Assembly (NCBI GenBank): GCA_017524965.1
Contig: JAFXUM010000151.1
Span: 1-40,075 of the forward strand
Length of the DNA: 40,075 nucleotides
Source: Lentisphaeria bacterium
GTDB taxonomy: Bacteria > Verrucomicrobiota > Lentisphaeria > Victivallales > UBA1829
Reading direction: 5' to 3'
Shown in pieces: positions 34,293-40,075 of this stretch. The translations under genes and the position numbers were made by a program. The notes beneath the pieces are model-generated. The model worked only from the letters and a program-made list of their open reading frames with translations, was not told where the DNA came from and ran no database searches. Positions within the stretch are counted from its first letter, which is position 1, and every line of letters begins with the position of its first letter.

Positions 34293-34433
34293 TCCGGACG
34301 AACGGCGTTCCCGGGATCCCCCCCCACACACAAAACACAAAACAAAACGGAACCTCGCGTTCCGGGGCCGTCCTTGTTTCTTCCGCTCATATCAACCCTC
34401 ACACATACCCTCACACTCAACCACGAAAACCAC

Positions 34434-36065
34434 ATGAACAAGACCGCAAGAACTCTCCTCTGCCTGGCAGCCGGGACGCTGTGTCTCGTCTCCCTCGCCG
34501 CGGACGACGCGTCGCAGGACGACGGCTCCGCAAGAACCATCCATCTGAAGCAGGACGACGGACAGATCCGCTTCGACAGCCGCGTGTACGAGCTGAAGAA
34601 CGTGACTTCCGAGTCCGTTCTGCCGTTCGTGAACTCCGCGATCCAGCGCTACAACCGCAGCTCCACGATCCGCCGCGTCACGGCGATCGCCCCGGACGCC
34701 AAGGATGCGATCCTCGTCTCCACGGGCAAGGATTTCCTGCCCTACGTCGACCAGATCGTCGCCGCGCTCGACCGTCCCGGCCAGAAGGGCATTCAGGGCA
34801 CCGGCGTGGCGCGCATCGCCTACACGCCGAAATACCGCGCCGCGCAGGAACTCACCGACCTGATCGACAAGACGCTCGGCACGTCCGCCGGCAAGTCCTA
34901 TGTGAACGACGAGACCAACACGATCTTCTGGCGCGACCAGACCGACGCCGCGCGCGGCACGCTCGAATTCATCGAAACCGAGCTTGACCGCCCCCTGCCC
35001 CAGGTCGCGCTCCGCCTCAACTACTACGAACTCCGCGACAGCGACCTCAAGGACTGGGGCTTCGACTATCTCGCGTGGAAGAACGGCCCCGGCGTGAACC
35101 TGCTCAACCTGAGCTACAACGCCGGCCGTCTCGCCGTCGACCAGGTCCTGGAAGACCTCCAGTTCGTCGCCACCTCCACCTGGGGCTACGGCGGATTCTT
35201 CACCGCGCCGCAGTTCGACATGAGCTTCATCCGCTGCCTCCAGCAGTCCGGCAACGCCGCCGTCACCGCGAACGTCTCCCTCACCATGGTGAACACTCCG
35301 GTCCGCTCGCTCGAAGAGTATGCGATGCTCCGCGGCGTGCAGGAATCCGCCGCCGACAAGGCCCCGTTCATCTACCGCGCCTCCATGGAGCCGGAATACC
35401 AGAACATCGCCAAGAACGTCCTCGGACGCACGTTCGTCGGCAAGAGCTACTACGAGGACGAGGACGGCAACAAGTTCTCCAATCCCCCGGCGCTCGACGT
35501 CCAGATCATCAACCCCTTCATCTGCCTCCCGCAGGAAAACGCCCCCGCCGGAGCCTACAATGAAAAATACAAAGTGACCGATTCCGCCGCCGACCTCAAC
35601 AAGGACATGGTCAAGACCGACGGCTGCGTGATGTTCGACTACTCCCTGTTCTTCAAGGACGTCGTCGAGCGCGGCAACACCGGCGCCGAGCTCAGCAACA
35701 ACGTTCTCTGCGCGGGCGCGGCCACCCTCGGACTCGGACGCGAAAAAGTCCTCACCGTCTACGAAAAGGAAAACGACGTCGAGCAGACTATCGGCCTCCC
35801 GATCCTCTGCCGCATCCCCGTCATCAAATACCTCTTCAGCACCGTCACCAGCATCAAGGAACGCACCTACGTGATCGTGACCGCCGAAGCCGTCCTGCTC
35901 CACCCCGAGGAGAAGAAAGGCATCCCGCAGACCGAAAGCGTCAACAAGGACGTGAAGCGCCGCATCGAGAATCCCTTCCGCGCCAGCGAAGACGACGCCC
36001 CGAAGGCTGTGCCCGCCGCCGAACAGCAGGCCGAAACCGAACAGAATGCCGAAAGCGAGGACTGA
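34434..36065 (+). CDS. Secretin-family outer-membrane channel protein (paralog A, Sec signal peptide)
   Basis: Start at MNKTARTLLCLAAGTLCLVSLAADDA. Two secretin-N-like modules (…ILVSTGKDFLPYVDQIVAALDRP; …NTIFWRDQTDAARGTLEFIETELDRPLPQV). C-terminal secretin signature GLPILCRIPVIKYLFS. Confidence 0.75.
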   Translation: MNKTARTLLCLAAGTLCLVSLAADDASQDDGSARTIHLKQDDGQIRFDSRVYELKNVTSESVLPFVNSAIQRYNRSSTIRRVTAIAPDAKDAILVSTGKDFLPYVDQIVAALDRPGQKGIQGTGVARIAYTPKYRAAQELTDLIDKTLGTSAGKSYVNDETNTIFWRDQTDAARGTLEFIETELDRPLPQVALRLNYYELRDSDLKDWGFDYLAWKNGPGVNLLNLSYNAGRLAVDQVLEDLQFVATSTWGYGGFFTAPQFDMSFIRCLQQSGNAAVTANVSLTMVNTPVRSLEEYAMLRGVQESAADKAPFIYRASMEPEYQNIAKNVLGRTFVGKSYYEDEDGNKFSNPPALDVQIINPFICLPQENAPAGAYNEKYKVTDSAADLNKDMVKTDGCVMFDYSLFFKDVVERGNTGAELSNNVLCAGAATLGLGREKVLTVYEKENDVEQTIGLPILCRIPVIKYLFSTVTSIKERTYVIVTAEAVLLHPEEKKGIPQTESVNKDVKRRIENPFRASEDDAPKAVPAAEQQAETEQNAESED

Positions 36066-36068
36066 TCC

Positions 36069-38090
36069 ATGAAAACCAAACTCTACAGAAACATCATCCT
36101 GACGTTCGCCGCCGGACTCCTCGCGGCTTCCTGCAACTCCGACCAGCTCCCGCAGCCCCCGCCGAACGTTTCCATCCTGGAAGGCGCGAAGGTCCCCTCC
36201 CAGATCACCGTCACTCCGCAGGCCATCCCCGGCTCCGCCAAGAGCGAACAGGGCGCCCCGACCGGCGGCTACGGCCCGTCCAACGTCCAGGCGCAGCTGA
36301 AGATCGACGTGAAGGACGGCACGAAGGAGATCACCGTCATCCGCGACAACACCGATCCGCTCGTGATCACGAAGCCCTACACGATCAAGAACGCCGACCC
36401 CTACGCGGTCCGCAGCTACCTTGAAGCCGCCGTCGGCGCGCGCAGCGTCAGCACCAGCCCCGCCCAGGCCACCGCAGTCAAGTTCGACGACGGCACCGGC
36501 GTGGTCCTCGTCTCCGCCGAGGAATACCGCTTCAGCGACAACGAGGACGGTCGCGGCATCGACAGCATCGTCGCCGCGCTCGACCGCAAGGGCCTGACCT
36601 ACTCCGGCGACGCCGGGACGCGCATCTACTTCCCGCGCGCCAGCAAGGCCGCGAACCTCCGCGACATGCTCCTGAAGGTCGGCTCCTCCGAGCTCGATCC
36701 GCAGTTCGAGATCTCCCCCAGCACGGTCCTGGTCGACGGCGAGCTGAACGCGCTCGTGGTCTGCGCCCCGGAATGGTCCTGGGAAGACATGCGCAAGCTC
36801 CTCGCGAGCTACGACCGCCCGATCCCCGAGGTCAAGATCTCCTACCGCATCATCGAGATCTACGCCGAGAACGACGACCGCATCGGCGTCGACTTCCAGA
36901 GCTGGAAGAACAACGAGGGCGTCGACCTCTTCTCCGCAGGAGCCATGATGAGCCGCAACTGGGGCACCTTCTTCACCAGCAGCGTCCAGGACACCGGCTT
37001 CAACAAGGTCTCCTACTGGAACTTCAATCCGAAGTGGAACACCCGCTACCTCGACTTCATGACCTCCATCGGCAAGGCGAAGATCCTCGCACGCGGCGAG
37101 ATCGTGGCGCAGAACCGCACCGTCTCCACCGTCCAGGTCGCCTCCGGATTCTTCTATGACCGCACGTTCTACACCGCCGGCGCGAAGACCATCGCCGAGG
37201 GCACGGGCGAGTTCGCCTACACCGATCCGAACCCGGACACCATCCTCCGCGAGGCCGTCACCAAGATCCAGCCGCTCGCCAAGATCCAGGAGTTCTACAA
37301 GGACGCGAAGACCGGCGCGATCATCCGTCCCGACGGCTACACGCTCCGCACCATGAACACCCAGACCGGCACGAACACCTACGGCGACGTCTCCGCAAAG
37401 GTCTTCGGCAACGACTCCAAGACCAGCCCGCTCGCCAAGTTCCTCACCGGCTACGTCAAGGCCGACGGCACCGTCGTCAACGGCGCCTACTACAACACCA
37501 ACTGGGACAACGCGAACGCCGCCCCCGGCGTCATCCACGGCTGGCTCCAGTACCCGATGGTCACTGACGGCTTCAAGTTCGACCTCCGCGTCACCCCGGT
37601 CGTCACCTCCAAGGCCGCCAAGATCACCTTCGACCTCGACAGCATCTCCCTGCTCGGCTGGAACGCCGACGGCTCCGCACGCATGAGCAAGTCCCAGACC
37701 GGCACGACCTTCCAGATCGGCACCGAGGCCGAGGAATTCGTGATCGGCGGCCTCAAGAAATCCGAGTCCGTCCGCAGCACCGCCGGCCTGCCCTTCCTGA
37801 AGGACATCCCCATCATCGGCCGCGCCGTCTCCACCGAGTCCGAGTCCATCAAGCAGTCCCAGCTCGTCGTCATCGCCAGGGTCGAATACTCCAACCCCGA
37901 CGACGCCGTCGGCGAGGAGATCTCCGAGGACCTCGGCAAGATCGTCAAGAGCGTCAACAAGGGCATGACCAGCCGCGTCGGCAACATGTTCTTCCAGCAG
38001 TACGGACTCGACGACGACCGCTCCGACCGCGTCGACCGTCTCGACAAGGTCGGCAACTTCATCAACGATGACTATCAGGAGATGAAGTGA
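36069..38090 (+). CDS. Secretin-family outer-membrane channel protein (paralog B, lipoprotein / liposecretin-like)
   Basis: MKTKLYRNIILTFAAGLLAASC lipobox. Secretin-N-like modules (…VVLVSAEEY…IDSIVAALDRKG; …LNALVVCAPEWSWEDMRKLLASYDRPIPEV). C-terminal signature GLPFLKDIPIIGRAV…LVVIARV. Confidence 0.75.
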   Translation: MKTKLYRNIILTFAAGLLAASCNSDQLPQPPPNVSILEGAKVPSQITVTPQAIPGSAKSEQGAPTGGYGPSNVQAQLKIDVKDGTKEITVIRDNTDPLVITKPYTIKNADPYAVRSYLEAAVGARSVSTSPAQATAVKFDDGTGVVLVSAEEYRFSDNEDGRGIDSIVAALDRKGLTYSGDAGTRIYFPRASKAANLRDMLLKVGSSELDPQFEISPSTVLVDGELNALVVCAPEWSWEDMRKLLASYDRPIPEVKISYRIIEIYAENDDRIGVDFQSWKNNEGVDLFSAGAMMSRNWGTFFTSSVQDTGFNKVSYWNFNPKWNTRYLDFMTSIGKAKILARGEIVAQNRTVSTVQVASGFFYDRTFYTAGAKTIAEGTGEFAYTDPNPDTILREAVTKIQPLAKIQEFYKDAKTGAIIRPDGYTLRTMNTQTGTNTYGDVSAKVFGNDSKTSPLAKFLTGYVKADGTVVNGAYYNTNWDNANAAPGVIHGWLQYPMVTDGFKFDLRVTPVVTSKAAKITFDLDSISLLGWNADGSARMSKSQTGTTFQIGTEAEEFVIGGLKKSESVRSTAGLPFLKDIPIIGRAVSTESESIKQSQLVVIARVEYSNPDDAVGEEISEDLGKIVKSVNKGMTSRVGNMFFQQYGLDDDRSDRVDRLDKVGNFINDDYQEMK

Positions 38091-38596
38091 TGAAGAAGAA
38101 CGGCGGCAGACAGGCGAAGCGCCCCGGAGCCGGGGCGCCGCTTCCTGAGACCTCGCCGGACCTCGAGGCGCTCAAGAAGATGGTCCGTCTCCTCGAACGC
38201 AAGCACCGCGCGTTCCTTGAGCAGGACTGGAAGGAGCACGCCTACGAGATCCAGCGCAGCCAGTTCAACCAGCTCATGATCGTCCGGTTCGCCATGCCGT
38301 GCAACCTCAGCCGCATCATGGCGGTCACCGGGCTCACCTCCGCCGGCGCGTCCCTCTTCGTCGACAAGCTCGTCCAAAGCGGATACCTCATCCGCACCGA
38401 CGACCCGAACGACCGCAGAAACGTCCGGATTTCGCTCTCCGAAAAGGGCGCGAAGTTCATCGGCGAGGTCGTCGACAGGTTCAACGCCTTCATCGAGGGC
38501 TACCTCCGGACGTGTACCCGCGAGGAGCTCGCCGTCGTGTCCCGGGCGATGGACATCATCAACAGGACGATCGACGACGGGGAGGAAGGCGCGTAA
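38090..38596 (+). CDS. MarR-family transcriptional regulator
   Basis: 168 aa. Winged-HTH region LSRIMAVTGLTSAGASLFVDKLVQSGYLIRTDDPNDRRNVRISLSEKG. The start (GTG 38087 / ATG 38090) overlaps the secretin B stop. Confidence 0.8.
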   Translation: MKKNGGRQAKRPGAGAPLPETSPDLEALKKMVRLLERKHRAFLEQDWKEHAYEIQRSQFNQLMIVRFAMPCNLSRIMAVTGLTSAGASLFVDKLVQSGYLIRTDDPNDRRNVRISLSEKGAKFIGEVVDRFNAFIEGYLRTCTREELAVVSRAMDIINRTIDDGEEGA

Positions 38597-38635
38597 TTCA
38601 AGCCCGATTCCTCCTCACGCAAGCTCAACGTCATT

Positions 38636-38672
38636 CCCGCCGCCTCTCACCCGGAGACGGCGGGATTTTTTT
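38636..38672 (+). terminator. Rho-independent terminator ending the secretin operon
   Basis: CCCGCCG (38636-38642) / CGGCGGG (38658-38664) followed by ATTTTTTT. Confidence 0.8.
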
Positions 38673-38894
38673 GTGCCCGGACACGCCCGAAGCGTTATCG
38701 TACCGCGGGAAAATGAACACGGCGGCACGGCGGAAACGTTAAAAAAAGTTACGGTCCATGACAAATAGTCAATGGCGGAAAACGGGGATTCGTGCGGAAA
38801 GCAGTTTAGAGATTACACAAAAACAAAATTTGAGGTTTTTACATTTCTCCACAAAAACTACATGCTTTTATCATATTTTACATATCTTTTACTA

Positions 38895-38923
38895 TTGAAA
38901 AATCAAATCCGCGATTGTATATT
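38895..38923 (+). promoter_or_regulatory. sigma70-type promoter of the CE15-like esterase gene
   Basis: TTGAAA (38895-38900) - 17 nt (ending TG) - TATATT (38918-38923). Phased TTTTA tracts upstream. Confidence 0.6.
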
Positions 38924-39025
38924 ATCGCTGAAAACCCGAATCAACCAAACAAGTGAGCTCAAGTTCCCCTCGCCAGGGGGCGGAAGGAACCGGCTCACGC
39001 AAACAAATCACAAGGAGTTCTCAAT

Positions 39026-40075
39026 ATGAAACTCGGTCATTTCCTCGGTTGCGCAGCGGCGATCGCCCTCGCGATCACGGTCTTCGCACAGGCTCCGGCC
39101 GGCCCCGGCGCAGGCGCTGGTGCTGGTAACGGCGGCGCTCCCGCCATGGGCGGCTTCGGCGGCTTCGGCGGCGGTATGGGCGGCGGCCAGCAGAACCAGA
39201 CTCCGGCCGTTGACATGGCGACTCTCCCCGGCGGCATCCGCAGCGAAGAACCCGAAAAGGCCGACGACAGCGGCTTCCCGATGGTCAAGGACCTGAAGGC
39301 CTCCGACGCGTATCCGGAAGTCATGAAGTTCCGCGACGGCACCGCCGTGACCAAGGACAACTGGGCGAAGCGCGCCGAAGAGATCAAGAAACTCTATGAA
39401 TACTACATGTACGGCGTGTGGCACGATGGCTCCGAAGTCGACGTGACCTACAAGATGAACGAAGGCGACAACAACGGCCGCAAGTCCATGACCGTGACCG
39501 TCACGCGCAAGAGCACCGGCAAGTCCGGCACGTTCGACGTGAACATCACGCTCCCGACCGCCAGCGACGAAGTCAAGATGCCGGAAGGCGGCTGGCCCGT
39601 CGTCCTCGGCATGCACGGCGCGCAGGAAGCGGTCGCGGCGTCCCGCGGCTATGCTTCCATGACCTTCGGCGGTGGCGGCGGCTTCATGGGCGGCGTCACC
39701 AACATCGCCGCTGACAACAACCGTCACACCGGCCTCTTCTACGATCTGTATCCCTACGGCGAAGACTGGAAGGAACAGACCGGCGAACTCCTCGCCTGGA
39801 GCTGGGGCATCTCCCGCATCATCGACGCCCTCGAAAAGGGCGCGGGCAAGGAACTCAACATCAACCCGAAGAACACCATCGTGACCGGCGTCTCCCGTTA
39901 CGGCAAGGCCGCCATGGTCTGCGGCGCGTTCGAGCCCCGCATCAAGATGTGCGCTCCGTCCTGCTCCGGCGCGGGCGGCGTGGCGATGTACCGCTACGTC
40001 TCCGAGGGCAAGACCTACGACTTCTCCAGCAAGAACGATTCCAAGGAATACAAGTACGGCCGGAACGAACCGATC
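39026..40075 (+). CDS. Secreted CE15-like glucuronoyl esterase (3'-partial, runs off window)
   Basis: Not in the ORF track because there is no stop in the window; I translated it by hand from ATG 39026 (AAGGAG RBS). Signal peptide and Gly-rich linker. FRDGTAVTKDNWAKRAEEIKKLYEYYMYG, AWSWGISRIIDALE, and nucleophile motif TGVSRYGKAA resemble CE15. Confidence 0.7.
   Translation, partial: MKLGHFLGCAAAIALAITVFAQAPAGPGAGAGAGNGGAPAMGGFGGFGGGMGGGQQNQTPAVDMATLPGGIRSEEPEKADDSGFPMVKDLKASDAYPEVMKFRDGTAVTKDNWAKRAEEIKKLYEYYMYGVWHDGSEVDVTYKMNEGDNNGRKSMTVTVTRKSTGKSGTFDVNITLPTASDEVKMPEGGWPVVLGMHGAQEAVAASRGYASMTFGGGGGFMGGVTNIAADNNRHTGLFYDLYPYGEDWKEQTGELLAWSWGISRIIDALEKGAGKELNINPKNTIVTGVSRYGKAAMVCGAFEPRIKMCAPSCSGAGGVAMYRYVSEGKTYDFSSKNDSKEYKYGRNEPI

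Noticed and set aside
38772-39029. 85-aa ORF MAENGDSCGK... in the AT-rich spacer
   Set aside because: It spans the promoter and 5' UTR of the esterase gene. Its codon usage is AT-rich and atypical, it has no RBS, and it ends overlapping the esterase start.

Overview
GC-rich bacterial chromosomal segment with short AT-rich intergenic islands. No transposase, integrase, phage gene or CRISPR array is recognisable. About 30 real CDSs, all readable from the ORF track plus my own translation of the two edge-truncated genes.

Housekeeping genes:
- hisD-hisC-(secreted hypothetical)-cmk-thioesterase-ychJ-like, with overlapping stop/start codons
- a short dcw cluster, mraZ-rsmH-ftsL-ftsI
- hisF-(Sel1-repeat protein)-tolB-folC
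- (71-aa protein)-rsmI
- tRNA-Arg(CCT)
- two 4HBT thioesterases, a DUF486/DMT membrane protein, and a Ser/Thr kinase with an N-terminal zinc ribbon

Plant-glycan degradation genes:
- a two-module GH43
- a large GH51 alpha-L-arabinofuranosidase
- a 3'-truncated CE15-like glucuronoyl esterase
- an Ntn (choloylglycine-type) hydrolase

Gene content and composition resemble glycan-degrading PVC-group genomes. That is inference only; I cannot assign a taxon.

A very regular sigma70-type promoter (TTGAAA-N16/17-TATATT, often preceded by A/T tracts) recurs more than 10 times. Together with clear hairpin+T-run terminators it allows an operon map.

Two units stand out as candidates for something not matching named systems:
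1. Minus strand, 5811-8209. A self-contained two-gene operon. A minimal MotA/ExbB/TolQ-like membrane subunit is translationally coupled to a protein with an ExbD/TolR-like Asp-containing TM anchor. That protein continues into a ~330-aa coiled coil and an unassigned C-terminal domain.
2. Plus strand, 33746-38672. A four-gene operon: small lipoprotein, two divergent tandem secretin paralogs (the second a lipoprotein), and a translationally coupled MarR regulator. No secretion ATPase, platform or pilin gene is in view.

Secondary observations:
- a candidate ~110-nt rod-like sRNA with its own promoter and tandem terminators (8321-8518, minus strand)
- a putative MraZ operator array plus phased A-tracts
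- 20-nt direct repeats and hairpins in a 550-bp non-coding gap
- several unusual low-complexity protein tails
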